Source of the DNA: Octopus bimaculoides
Taxonomy: Eukaryota
Direction of reading: 5' to 3'
Assembly: GCF_001194135.2 (NCBI RefSeq)
Contig: NC_068991.1
Span: forward strand, 17,127,397-17,191,396
Length of the DNA stretch: 64,000 nucleotides
The first letter of the stretch is position 1; the number at the start of each line of letters is the position of its first letter. This document shows, piece after piece, positions 48,106 through 62,304 of this stretch. The position numbers were made by a program, and so were the translations under genes. Under the pieces are notes generated by a model. That model did not search any database and had not been told where the DNA came from. It saw only the letters and a program-made list of their open reading frames with translations.

Positions 48106-51100
48106 CCTCTTCATATAAGAGGTTAACCACCTGACAAGTAAAAAATTCTCCTTATAGGCTTTGTGTAGTGTGTGGTTAAGAAACATGTTTCCCAGTAACA
48201 TGGTTTCAGATCCATTTCCACAGTGTGTGCCACCTGGGGCAAGTGCCTTCGGCTATAGCTACAGGCTGATCAAAGCCTTGTGAGTGGATTTGATACATGG
48301 AAACTGAAAGAAGCTTGTTGTATATGTGTTTGTGTGGCAGTTGTTCTGGAGCAAGGGAAGGATTCAGAATGGGTGGGAGCTACAAGCCAGTAAGTTGCAT
48401 AGATCACAGGAGCATTTGAAGGAGGGCAAGGGTAGATTGGGGAATGCAGCAAGGATGGTAGGATCAGATTGGAGACAAAAGAAGGTCCATAGAATCTTCT
48501 GACAAAGGGGCAGGAGTGAGGGGTGGTAAAGGAGGGGAAAGAGGATGTAGTTGGGAGATAAGTGTGGAAAAGGTGAAAGGGTTGTAGTGCAATCAACTTG
48601 ACAAGCACGGGTAAGGGTGGACAGGACAAGGATGGAGGGGTGTCCATGAGTGAACAGAGGGCAGGTATTGAGACTGAGTCCCAAAATTCTGGTCGCAGTT
48701 GCACAGACATCAGAGACAAAGGAATTGCAAGTAGGGGATGGCCTGTTTGGCGTGGGTGGGGTGGGATGGGAGGAGGAATAGTTGAGGTAGAGGTGGGAGT
48801 CCATAGGCTTGAGGAGGATGGAGGTGAAGAGAAAGTGGGTGAGGGGATTAATAGGGAGAGAGATGTTAAGGGAGTTGACAGAAGCATCAGAGATGACAGA
48901 GGTGAACTCAAGGGAAAAGTGAAAGTTGGAGACGAAAGAGATAAAATTGGTGAGGGGATATGGGCCTTGACGTAACCATCTACCAAATCCATTAACACGG
49001 CTTTGGTCAGCCTGAGGCTATAGTAGAAGACCCTTGTCCAAGGTGCTACCCAGTGGGAATGAACCTCAAAACCATGTTGTTGGGGAGCAAGCTTCTTACC
49101 ACACCTGTACCTTATGAATTATGAATAATAAAAAAGAAACAATTATAGTCAGTAATTCATTATATCCTATGAGAAAATGCCAAAATTCCAAACTTTTCTT
49201 CTACGGAAAGATGTGCCATGAATGGAAAATCCCTGAAAGTGTTCAAAAATGTTTTTTAAAAGAAAAACAAGAGTGTAGGACAGAAAGTCACTGAAGAGGT
49301 CACAGTTTGCATGACAAAGGAACTTTGACAAATAAACTAAGAATAATAAAAATAAAGCTAAAGTGAAGATGAAATAAATAGTGCATGTGTTTAACAGGCA
49401 AAAGGTTACCATCGCCGAATAAAACAATAAAAGTGTTGTAGTTGAGAAAACAAAAGTGGAAAATTAGATAACATGTTTAGATTTGGATTCCATAACCAAG
49501 CTGTCTCATTTTGTAGATGCAAATACATAATCATTCTGATTCCAAACAGCTGTTTAGTGTCATGTCAGACTTGCTTGAGGAGATCAAAGGTGTTTCATTC
49601 ATAATCATTTTACTTTCTTGCATGAGCATGACTTTCTTTTTTATATAGGATAACAGAGATGCTATATGTGCAGCAGGTTACTGTGTCTAATGCTGTAAAG
49701 TGCTTTGTGAGAAGTTGTAAAAAAAAAACACCTGTTGCTGCATGTGTCTAATGATAAAGGATTGGTGTGAGGCTCATTACCAATCCAAACTGGCTCAAAA
49801 AATCAGATGTAAATTGATGATAATGATGATAGAAAGGAAAGTCTTAGACATGATGGGCAGGATTAGACTTCTGAAAAAAAACTATTTGTTAAACAAATAA
49901 TTGATTAGCTTGTTGGTTAGACATTTAACCAATTGACTAACAATAAAGAAGTGGAACTGAAACTGTGTGTGTGTGTGTTGCTATTATTATTGGTATAATG
50001 ACCCTCCCAAGACAACAAAATTTGTTTCAACATACGAATTCACATCAAGAATCTTGCAAGCCAATTACAAAAACAGTGTATTTGTTAAAAAAAAAAAATA
50101 ATAAATACTGGCTCTTGACAAAAAGAAATGAAATAAAAAAAATAATAAAAAAACATAATTAATCAATGGTAGTAGATGGCCATAACAGATTTGTGTAATT
50201 TTGGTGAACACTGAATGAAAATCTTCCAATGAACAATAATAAGAAATCAGTGATGACGATGTTGAGTTTGACATAAAAACTCGCTGACATTTATAGTAAA
50301 AAAAAAAAGAATTCCTTACCACTGCATTACCCTTTTCCTCTCTTTTATTCAGTTTTTCTTTCACTTTCTACTTCTGTATTTTTTATTTTTATTTCTTCAT
50401 TGCTCTCATTCCACAACCAGCTTCAGTCTCATACCAACTCTTGTCAACTGACATTTTATCTCTCTGTTCAACTCTTTAACAATCAAATAATCGAACTATT
50501 TACAATAAAACTACTTAAACTGATTCCTTCCCTTTTTAATATATTTTGTTGTTGTTGTTGTTGATGTGGTTTTATTCATTTGTTTATTAATTTATCTTTT
50601 TTTTTTTTGTTTTAATATTTAATTCTATTAGTTATTTCTTAATGTTACAAAGGGTAGAATCACAAGAACCTAACTATTATGGTTGTTTTTCACCACTGAA
50701 GGAAGCAGCTCTCGTCTTCAAAATTGTAAAGGTTAAACAGCTGCTTCTGTCACTTTGAAACATAAGAAAGAAGTCAACTGAACTATTTTCAAACTTCCAC
50801 ATAATTATGGTTTCAAGTTTTGCCACAAGGGCAGCAATTTTGTGGGAAAGGATGAGTCGATTACATCAACCCCAGTTTTCAACTGTTACTGATTTTACTG
50901 ACCCCGAAAGGATGAAAGGCAAAATCGACCTTGGCAGAATTTGAATTCAGAATGGAGCGACGGGCGAAATACCACTAAGCATTTCGTCCAGTGCACTAAC
51001 AATTCTGCCAGCTCACCCACCTTCGTAATAATAATAATAATAATAATCCTTTCACAAGGCCTGAAATTTTTGGGGAGACGGTAAGTCAATTACATTGATC

Positions 51101-51584
51101 CCAGTGTTCAACTGGTACTTATTTTATCAACTCCGAAAGGATGAAAGGCAAAGTCGACCTCAGCAGAATTTGAACTCAGAATGTGAAGAGGGATGAAATG
51201 CTGCTTAGCATTTTGCCTGGCATGCTACTGATTCTGCCAGCTTACCTCTTAATGATTCCCAAATGATAGCAATGATAATAATGATGATGATGATTTAGCT
51301 ACAAAACCAACAATTTTGAAGAGAGGTTTAGTCAATTACATCAACCTCAGTATATATATTTTATTGCCGCTAAAATGATGAAAGGTAATTGGCAGGATGG
51401 TTTCTGTTTCTGGCACATCACCAGCAGTTTTGAGATGAAGGGATGAGCTGATACTTTTATCCCCAGTATGTGACTGGTATTTTATTTTATTTCCCCAAGG
51501 AGGATGAAACCTTGGTGAGATGTGAACCCAAAATGTTAAATTCCAACACTCTAGAACTTCAGTCAATCTATCAGTTTCTTTTAT

Positions 51585-51817
51585 TTATTTCTTTATTGCC
51601 CACAGGAGGCTAAACATAGAGGGGACAAACAAGGACAGACAAAGGGATTAAATCGATAACATTGACCCCAGTGCGTAACTGGTACTTATTTAATCGACCT
51701 CAAAAGGATGAAAGGCAAAATCGACCTCAGCAGAATTTGAACTCAGAACGTAAAGACAGATGAAATACCGCTAAGCACTTCACCTGGCATGCTAACGTTT
51801 TGCCAGCTCACTGCCTT
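51585..51817 (-). mobile_element. Near full-length tRNA/Meta-domain-like SINE; further copies at 14400-15146, 17815-18010, 50830-51245, 58460-58640
   Basis: Reverse complement of the 56155 copy. Confidence 0.85.
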
Positions 51818-54800
51818 ATTAGTTTCTTTTATTGTCCACAAGTACCTACGGTATTGGTTTCAAATTTGGCACATTGCAAGACCAGCAAGTTCTGAGGTGA
51901 GTGGATAAGTCAATTACATCGATCCCAATACTCAGCTGGTTCTTATTATAAAGGATGAAAGGCAAATTTGAACTCCAGAACATAAAACAGAAGAAATGCT
52001 GCAAAGCATTTTGCCCAGCATGCTAATGATTCTGCCAGCTCACTCCCTTCCAAATGCCTAAGATATTGGAGAAAGCACAAAGAGGAAAAACAAAGACAAA
52101 AACCAGTGAGGTGGAGAGTACATGGAGTATAAGTGTGAGATTAACTATAACAACAAAGACCCATCAATAAACAGGTAATATAGAGCAAAACAACAGCAAG
52201 AAAGAATTCCTAAAATAGATAAGGGGCAACCACGTTCAGGGTTTCTCACATACAACCCTGCATAACCAAAGATAAATCCCTTCTCCTAGTCCCTACTGCC
52301 AACTTACAGCCATAGAAAATAATAATGAGTTATGGTGTCATTTGAACTATAACTCATAGGAAAAAGTTAGAAGAGGTGGCAGAAAGCAGACACAAGTCAA
52401 GTGAAGAAAGACAGCAATGAAAGTGAAAAATGTATGCATAGTACACAAAACACAAGACAGAAAAGGGAACAGTAAAAGTGTCATAAAGAGGAATGGGTGA
52501 ATAGGCATATCAGGAGTAATGCTAGCTAATTTGGGAAGAATGAATATTTTTGAAGGATGCAGTGTCCTAACAGCAAACGAATGGTGTGGATAGTTGTTCT
52601 CTGCTTCAAGAATTCATAACATGAAAAAATGTTTCTGGAAGTCATGAATGTTGCACTATATTTTTTTATTTTACAACCATATGGTAGAGATATTGAATTC
52701 AAATAGATGACCAAAGTTGGAGTGGGAAAGATGGTAGATACTTGCAAATTTTGCCACTGTTGCTCATCTTTCATAAAACACACTAGAAGACACCACACTG
52801 CTTTTCTCCTCAACTGGTACTCGAAGAAAACTTGATGAGGACATGTCCTGAGAGAAAAAGATCTGTCCTCAACTCTCTTGACCTCATCCATCAACACAAA
52901 TTCTTTTTCCATACACACTAGACAGAAGTTGCTGAGTATTCTACAGACAAATGTACCCTTCATATAATCCTCAGGTAGACTCAGTGTGTCAAGACTAGAC
53001 ATTAAATTACAAATACAATGAGCTTCTGCACAGTTTCTGTCAAACCAATTTCATTCACAAAGTAGGTTTGGTGCAAGCCATAATAAATAACACTTGCCCC
53101 AGATACCTTGCAATGGAATTGAAACCATGACGTCATGGTTTCAAAGCAAACTTCTTAACTATTCACCTATACAGTACTTATGTCATTATTGTTACAACAC
53201 CTAATAATACTAATAAAGACATCTTAAAACAAACTTTTTTGGAGAGTATGGTTGATTAGATTAAACTTACAGAGGTTACAAGCGCATAATCTATCAACCC
53301 CAGGGAGTTGAAATGTAAAGACAATTTCCAGCAGGAACTGAAGGCAGAAACATATAAGGGAGGTAACTAAATACCATAACTGTTCAATGCCTGTCACAAA
53401 TTGTTTCCCAGACGAGCAAGCTTGAAATTAACATCTTTCAATATTTTTTTTTAACAAATTATAATTTCTTTTAAAATTACATGTGTACTTTTACATTTTT
53501 TAGATTCATTTTTAATCTCTCTACTTCAGGAAAAAATGAAATAAAAAACATTTTTGTTTGGTTTGAAATGTCAAACTGATTGAAAAAAAAAACTAACTTC
53601 TCCTTTTCCTCCTCATCATCATTGTTTTAATGTCCAGTTTTCATTGCTTGCATGGGTTACACTTCTGATTCCTGATTTTAATTTAGAAATGAGCTAAAGA
53701 AGTCAAAGTTTATCTTCCAAGAATGAAGTGTTCCACTGCAGTATAATTGTTCCTGGTTACAGAAAATCTGCCTCAAAAAATTGTCTGACCCATGCAAGTA
53801 GGGAAAAGTAGAGGTTAAAATGAAGATGATTTAAACCATGACCATCCTGTCTGTTATTTTTTCTTATACACTGTGATCAACGACCATAGTATCCAAGGTG
53901 TTCTTTCCTCATTTTTTTAAAAATGGTGGTGGCAATGGGGAGCAGAGTGATTTGAGGGAGAAATGGTTGTTATTTCTAACAGATAGAACAACCAGAGAAA
54001 CGACAGTTCCCCTGTCCGTACATGAAGGATAGTACTGGCATGGACAATGTCATATGAACTACAAGTTATGGATAGAAAAACTATCAAGAAGAGAAGGAAA
54101 ATCCAGACAACCATATCTGTCGGTGTAGTTTATCCCCTGGGTGAGGACTAGTTGATCTATGATCAATGGCCATTCCAACAATAACCATATCATTTTCTCA
54201 TCTGGAAAATATTATCTATGTTCTTTTATAAGATAGTGGTGCTTGATTTGAGGGGAATTTGGTAGCTATTTCTTATGGGTCAAGCGACCATGTAGAAGCT
54301 CCCTCAATAGATAGAAGGAATTAGTGATGTTAGATTTCAGTTTACAGGACTTCATAGATAAACCAATGGCAGACAAAGACAAATTGTAATATTTGATTTG
54401 GTAGACTGTTGGTTGGTTGATTGTTAGGTTGGATGGATGGATGGTCCAGGCATGAAATATTGTGATCAGTTCTCACAAAGAAACATATCTTGAAGCACAT
54501 ACAAGCTAAAAATAATAGTATATAAATATTGGGTTGGCTTGAAAAATCCTTTTGGATAGAAGATCAAAGTTTGCCTTCAACTTTTCTCTTTCCAAAAGAG
54601 TTTTTCAACCTGACACTTACACACTGTTTCTTTATAGCTTTATTTGTGTGATTCAAGATATACTATTTGAAAATTTATAAAAAAATCATTTAATGTTCTC
54701 TCAGAAATTTATAAAGTTCTGATGACGTTAGATTTTATGTTATGTATTAATTCAACATTGAAATAAAACAACTCTTTAAAACAATTATCTGTTTTTCATT

Positions 54801-55232
54801 TAATAAGATTTTATAGTTTTACAGTACAAATTTAAATTGAATTTCATAAATGTTAATAAAATAATAAAAATACATATATATATATATAAATGTATACAAC
54901 TGTTTTACGTCTGTGTTTAAATTATAGCACTGGATAAATTTTAGTTAGAGCAAAAATTATTACAGCTCGACGTCGCTTATAAACATAAACCACTTAACTA
55001 CAATGTTGAGGGAAACCAGCGTTTTTTTCGTCAGTCAGGAATAGTGCAGCAGAGTTATGTCCCTTGCTAATAGGTACAGCATAAGAGGTCGTACAATAAA
55101 GTTTGAATTCTTGACCATATTGTTAGTAGTCCAGATAACCTAACCTCACAGCCGTCGTACCGTACATATGTGTACACACATATATGAGAAGATATATAAA
55201 AGAGTATTTATATATATATATATATATATATA

Positions 55233-55412
55233 TTGTGTCTGGGGAGAGTCATAGTGCACTAACCGGTTCAATTTCCACTCGTTTATTTATCTCAGAAAGC
55301 TTTCGTCGCAAATACAGCGACAAAAAAAAAAACTTTCTGGAATAAATAAATGAGTGGAAATTGAACTGGTGAGTGTGTTATATTAAGGCACTAGGACTTT
55401 CCCCAGACACAA
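55233..55412. repeat. Palindromic element (MITE-like or Penelope-pLTR-like)
   Basis: TTGTGTCTGGGGA..GGTTCAATTTCCACTC.TTTATTTAT..CAGAAAG pairs with CTTTCTG..ATAAATAAATGAGTGGAAATTGAAC..TCCCCAGACACAA. Confidence 0.85.
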
Positions 55413-55535
55413 CAAAATTTGTTTCAACACACAAATTCACATAAAGAATCTTGCAAACCAGATACAAAAACAAAGTATGTGTGTGTGTGTGTGTACATAT
55501 ATATATATATGTTGTTTGAAGCAGTGGACAAATTT

Positions 55536-55643
55536 TATATATTAACAAAAAGGTAGTAAGGATTTGGATAAAACCTATTTATTTAGTGCTTTCGTCAATA
55601 GTTTTTATCCAAATCCTGACTACCACCATTTTGTTAATATATA
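55536..55643. repeat. Second palindromic element
   Basis: TATATATTAACAAAA..GGTAGT.AGGATTTGGATAAAA.CTATT pairs with AATAGTTTTTATCCAAATCCTGACTACC..TTTTGTTAATATATA. Confidence 0.85.
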
Positions 55644-56154
55644 TGCGTGTGTCCCCAGTAATATATCAATCTTGGTATATGACAGCATTTGTTACTGATA
55701 CCTGTAGACAAGCATTGTTAAGCAGACAAGGTTTATACACATATTGAATTAACAAGCGTGTGTGTATGTGTGTGTTGCACTAGAGGACACATGTAACTAA
55801 AGGTTTGGGCTTGGTAGAATGATGCACATTCCACTCCTATACCCAGTACAGTTAGACCAAAACCATCATGTCTGCAGACAGGTTGGTTAGTGTGTAGAAT
55901 TCAAGCCATATTAAACAGAGAAAACATAATTGGTATTTTATAATCGAAATACTAATTACACTAATTTCAGTGTTCAATGTGTGTATGTTTTCACATATAC
56001 AAATACATACATAAACACACACACACATATATATATAGGTTATATTTTCTCTTACAAAAACATAATTGCATTTGTTATAGGATTGTGCAAAGCTGCTCCA
56101 TACGTGCATGTTTGTTTACACACACACACACAAGTTCGTGTAGCAACATGTAAG

Positions 56155-56388
56155 GCGGCGAGCTGGCAGAAATGTTAGCACGCCGGGCGAAATACTTAAC
56201 GGTATTTCATCTGCCGTTACGTTCTGAGTTCAAATTCCACCGAGGTCGACTTTGCCTTTCATCCTTTTGGGGGTCGATTAAATAAGTACCAGTTACGCAC
56301 TGGGGTCGATGTAATCGACTTAATCCCTTTGTCTGTCCTTGTTTGTCCCCTCTATGTTTAGCCCCTTCTGGGCAATAAAGGAAAAAGA
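56155..56388 (+). mobile_element. Full-length tRNA-derived SINE with Meta-like central domain and LINE-type tail
   Basis: Head GCGGCGAGCTGGCAGAA.., B-box GAGTTCAAATTCC, core GCCTTTCATCCTTT.GGGGTCGAT; 10-bp TSD AACATGTAAG (56145-56154 and 56389-56398). Confidence 0.92.
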
Positions 56389-56998
56389 AACATGTAAGAG
56401 CATCCCTGAAGACTTAAATTTTGATGTAGTATACCTTGAGCAAGTTAGCTATAGTTCAGTGCAGTCAAGATGGTTGTAACCAACCTTGCTCCATGAACAG
56501 CAGAGTGAGAGAGGGGGGGGGGATTATGAAAATAGTGTGCTGTATTAAGCCCTATGTAATTGACAAAGGATCACTAAAATGTTACAGACTTTTAGTTGAT
56601 TGTTTTAGTGTTAGCTATATCAAATGATAGAATCAGTAAAATGTTGGACTTAATGATTCATGATATTTAGTTACATTCAGAAGCTCAAATCATACACAAG
56701 GCAGCTTTGCTTCTCATCTTTCTGAAGTCAACAAAACCAAGTTTTAGGGAACTGACATAACTGACTATACCTTTGAGAGTAGTGCTTATGCATATTCATG
56801 GTAAAATGACTGAAATGAGGAAAATAATAAACACATGTGATGTGTTTGGATTTACAAAATTGCTAAATGCATGAAGTTTTAGTTCATCATTCAAAACTGT
56901 TGTTACTTTGAGTTTTCCAATTTCTAGGAACAGAAACAAAATATGCCTCAGAATAGATAGCAACAGATTGAAACCTCAACTCTGAATGAATGAATGAA

Positions 56999-57037
<39 letters not shown>

Positions 57038-57125
57038 CACACACACACACACAGGGTGCAACAAAAAAATCCCAGATTCACATCTACTAAGAAATGTGGA
57101 TTTGGGAGCTTTTATTTTGCTGCAT

Positions 57126-57181
<56 letters not shown>

Positions 57182-58665
57182 AACACACTCACATTTTCCC
57201 CCAAGGTGGTCTTCACACATACAAACACATTTATCATCAAGGTGGACTTTCAGAAAATGTGAATATTGTGGTGTAAAATTAAGGATATGTTATCATTTTT
57301 GTAATTCCAGGGCCGAAGTGCATGAATAGGCACTGTTGCAAAACACAGATATTACACTTTTCATCCTGCATCCTCTCTGCTTTTGAATCCCGGATGATTT
57401 CTTTGTTTACTTCAAATGGTGTAATGCTTTTCTTGTCAAGATTACACCATAAAATATCCTGTGTCCTGCTGTTTCAAGTTACACAGGCTTGCTCACCTGA
57501 GGTTACCTTTGTACCTCTTTCTTCAGCATCATTGACTGCATATCCTATTAACCATTTCTTCATAAAACATGTTTTATGTTGTGTAGCCCAGTTCAGCCTT
57601 GACTAAGCAGGCCTAAACTGAAAGGTGTTTGCTTTAGCCATGACCAATTTGTACTTTTCTGTCTATCAAGGACAACACTTTTCAATGGGTCCTTCTATTT
57701 TTTTTTAGGCAGTAGAGTGTGGTTACTATTTCAAGCATGAAACATATGTGTGTGTGAGCATTTTAACCATTTCTGTCATGTAACCATCTTGATAAGCTCT
57801 GTTAGTAATAATAACAATTTATAACATAGGCATAAGATCTTGGTTTTTGAGGAAAGGACATAGTCGATAAATTTGATCCCAGTATTCAACTGGTTCTTAT
57901 TTCATTGACCTTAGAAGGATGAAAGCTGGCATGAATGGAACACAGAAAATAGAGGACATGACTAAATGCCTTAAGACATTTTGCCAGACATATTACCGAT
58001 TCTACCATCTTCTACCTTTCTGATATTTGTAATAAAAATATTGTAACTTTTAAACAAACAGAGCAGTTAAGTATATATCCAGATGATGGTCAATAATTGT
58101 TTTTATAATGAAATTCAATCACAATTTACAAGCGCTATGTTTGTGCAAGTATTTCTATAAATTGCTGGTCAGATATTAAGAGTGACTACAAAAGGTAAGA
58201 GACATTTAAATAGGCTAAGTAATTTCAAGCAAATAATAATAACTGTTATTTCCAGCTTAGGTACAGGGCCAGTAAGTATGAGTGCCAGTGATTAAAATTG
58301 ACTCAAAGATTTCACTGGTAATTTATTTTATTGAGTCCAAAAGGATGAAAAGCAAAGCGGATCGTGGCAGGATCTGAACTAGGAACATAAAGAGCCAAAA
58401 GAAATACAGCAAGGCACTATAGTCAGTATTTAAGTTCTGCTACTCCCTCTCCCTAATAATAATCCTTTCTACTAAAGGCACAAGGCATGAAATTTTGGGG
58501 GAGGGGGCTAGTCGATTATATCAACCCCAGTACATAACTGGTAATTATTTTATTGATCCCGAAAGGATGAAAGGCAAAGTCGACCTCAGAACATAAAGAT
58601 AGATGAAATGCTAATGATTTTGCCAGTTCACAGCCATTCCCATCTTGACCACACTGCCATGTCTG

Positions 58666-58735
<70 letters not shown>

Positions 58736-61700
58736 AAATCTCTGAACGAGGTATTAACAGTAACTGCACGATAAAGTGAAGTATATTTGCCACTTAAATG
58801 TGGCTGACCCCGAGGGGTGGATGTTACTGTTGCTTTTAGCCCCAGGAGGACATCTCCTCCAGCTGGCTATCGACACACTTATAGATAGATAGATAGATAA
58901 ATTGATAGATAGAAGGAATTAACAATAAATAAGATTTACATTACTTTTATACATGAGTAAACAAAAAGAAGCAATATAAATATTATCATCAGTTACAGTT
59001 TGCAGGATTACAATTTAAATAGTTATGTATGTAACTTGATGCTCTACACCAACACAAAACTCCTGTATATAAAATATATTAGAAAAGTTTTATAAAATTA
59101 TTTTCAGCATAGATTCAAGGCCACAAGTTATATCAATGCCAATTTAAGACTTCTTATTATTTCATTAGCAACACCCACCCCACCTCCGAATAAATAAATA
59201 AATAAATAAAAAAATTTAAACTGTGAAAAAGCAGGGTTGACCAAGCAGGATTTGAATTTAGAGTATAAATAAACATTGTGATGTATATATTTGTCCAGTG
59301 CTCTACTTTAAGAACAATATTTAGTACATGTATAAAAAGCATAAATGTTGGGAGAGAGTGTATAGTTGATTATATTAACCCAAGAAATATGAAAAGTAAA
59401 GATTGGACCTGGCAGGATTTTGAAGAGACCATTGTAATAATGATCATAACAAAGGCATCAAGTGTTATTCCTTCTCTCTTGCGGTCTGTCTATGATAATA
59501 TATATTTTCAACAACTTCATTGAATCTCAGATTTATATAATACACCTAAATACTTCTCTTCCTTTTGCAGTCCATTTGACAATGTTATGGAGCATTCTTT
59601 TACTTTGGTATTCCTGAAGCAGATAAAGAAGCATTGTTATTGTATTATATTCATATCATATATTGCAGTCAGTGTATGTAAAATGGTAAAAATCCTTACT
59701 GTACTTTTGTAGCAAATAACAAAACCATCATCATCATCACTGTTATAATACATATGACATGGCTATGTGGTAAAGATCACTTTGCAACTATGTGGTTTTG
59801 GGTTCAGTCCCACTGTGTGACACCTGTTAGTGTTTTTTACAATAGCCCTAGGCTGATAAATGTCTAGTAAGTGAATTTGGTAGACAGAAATTATGCATAA
59901 GTCCATTGAGTATGTGAGTATATCATCATCACTTAACGTCCGCCTTCCATGCTGGCATGGGTGGGACGGTTTGACAGCTTCCTAACACCAACCACCCAGT
60001 AGAGAGGACTTAGTGCTTTTTATGTGGCACAACACAGGTGAGGCCAGTTTTGGCATAGTTTTTACAGCTAGATGCCCTTCCAAATGCCAAACACTTTACA
60101 GTGTGGACTGGGTGCTTTTAAGTGGCACCTGCACTGACAGGGTCACCAAGTACTTGCAAGACAAAAAAAATTTCTTTTGAGAGGGGAGGGCGTATTGGAA
60201 GAGGTGATCTTGTGTCAGATGATGAAAGGTTACAGTGAGACAGAGAGACAAAAACAGATGCCTTGCTGTAGAAGAGGTACAAGGTTACCCAGAGAGAGAG
60301 AGAGAAATCGGGAAGGAAGATAGAAACAAGTGCACTGCCGCAAAGGAAATAGGAAATATATGATTACCCAACAGCAAAGTGCCAGGTATACTCAAAAGGG
60401 ACAGGGATCAGAATATAAATGGGATGGTTGAGTAACAGAAGAGAGAGATATAGATGGTGTCAAGTGCCAGGGCATACCCTTGAGGTTTGAACATCATAAG
60501 TGGCAAGATATTGCGAGGAAGTGCAATTAGAAAGTGCAGAGGCAGGGAAGGGACAAAAGGGCAAAAACTTGGGTATAAATAGAGTCGGGGCAGTGGGCTA
60601 CCAGATAGCAATGATAAAGGAACAGGGCCATGAGGACAGGATTGGGAAGTGAGAGGTAGGCATAGTGTACGAAGGAGGAAAAGATGTAGATTGGTTTGTT
60701 GGGGTAGGGTGTGTGAAAAGTTTTCTTGCTAAGTGTGTGTGGAACATACAAGTTTGGATTTAGCAGATATCAATGGTACAGTGAGACAGGGTGTATGGGC
60801 GGAACACACAGGTTAGGGGCTAGCAGAGAGCAATGATACAGTAGGACAGGGCCAGGATAACAGGATCGGGGAGTGGGAGGTAAGCATAGTGCCTGAAGTG
60901 GAAATGCAAGGAAGAGAAGAGATGTAGAGATGTTGCTTGGTTTGTTGTGGTAGGGTGGGTGAGAAGGTTTCCTAAGTGTGGGTGGGACACACAGCACTTC
61001 TAGAAATAGTTCCCTCCTCAAATGCCCCTGCCCCTCTCAAAATTCTTTGTCTTGTGAGTTACTTGGTGACCCTACCAGTGCTGGTGCCATGTAAAAAGCA
61101 TCCAGTCCACACTGTAAAGTGGTTGGCATTTGGAAGGGCATCCAGCTGTAAAAATCATACCGAAGCTAACCTCGCCTGTGCTAGTACCATGTAAAAAGTC
61201 CTAAGTCCACTCTGCAGAGTGGTTGGTGTTAAGAAGGCCATCCAGCCATAAAAACCCTGCCAAAACAGACACAGTAGCCTGGGATAGTCCTCTACCTGAC
61301 TGGCTCCTGCCAACCATCCCACCCTTGCATACATAGAAGATGGATGTTAAACGATGATGATGACGATACACATACCATAGGTAAAAACTAGTCAGAAAAG
61401 TGGACATTAATAATGATAATGATCATTATTTCCCCTTTGAAGTTATTTGCAATTGCTGCTGGGTATTTGTTTACCTTCTCTTGTAGCAAAGATAATTTCA
61501 ATAAATCAAAATTTTATTTTGTATGGCATTATTATTATACATCACCCCACGAGCTACTCTGAGTTAGTTCTCTCAGCTCATTTTCATCTTACATGAGTGC
61601 ATACATATATCCATATGTATGTACACACACACACACATATGGTTTTGTATTGTTTGCTAAAGGAGCAAGCATATAATCAATGGCATCCTTGCCATGACCA

Positions 61701-62304
61701 TCCTGTATTTCAGTATATTACATTGTCCAATGCATCCTTCCTTCTTTTTTTTCTTTATATAATTAGAAAACAAGCTGAACGCTGTTTGTAGCAAGTCGAG
61801 TGACTCCGTACATGCTTGCTTCTATTACATTCTTGGTAAATATATTTGTTGGGAATTATTTCCTACTTTAGAACATAAGATATGATACAGATATAAAACG
61901 AGAAACCGAAATGTACCTGTTTGATTATAATCTGCTGTAATAGAAAATAGCAAAAAGAGGGTTCAAGGCGTGACCATTCAGTCAATATACATATGTGTGC
62001 GTGCATATAAAACAATTTTTTGAGTGGGTGGTCACGGCGGATTATCAAAATATAGGTGACTTTTTAAGTATGCTCCTGTATTTGTGTCACTTCCGAATCG
62101 TTTCGCTACATTATTAAACTAGGAAACAATTATTTATGTGGTATAAACATTCACTGTGCAGTTTGTGACAACGAAAACGTAATTTTAAAAAATTATATAT
62201 ATATTATATAATATGTTATGACTAACAGATGTTTGTTGTAATTTAGATAACCGTCATTATTAGGCACTTTCCATTATTATAATTATAAATCTCTTTACCT
62301 CGTT

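Noticed and set aside
48270-48998. 242-aa Pro/Ser/Leu-rich ORF
   Set aside because: Antisense of a purine-rich low-complexity repeat tract; similar tracts occur at 12290-12550 and 60150-60990.
50248-50290. C/D-box snoRNA-like GTGATGA...CTGA
   Set aside because: Only about 40 nt between boxes, no D'/C' boxes and no convincing terminal stem.
3631-57329. Numerous YIYI/CVCV/HTHT/SLSL/RERE ORFs
   Set aside because: Translations of (TA)n, (TG)n, (CA)n and (CT)n microsatellites.
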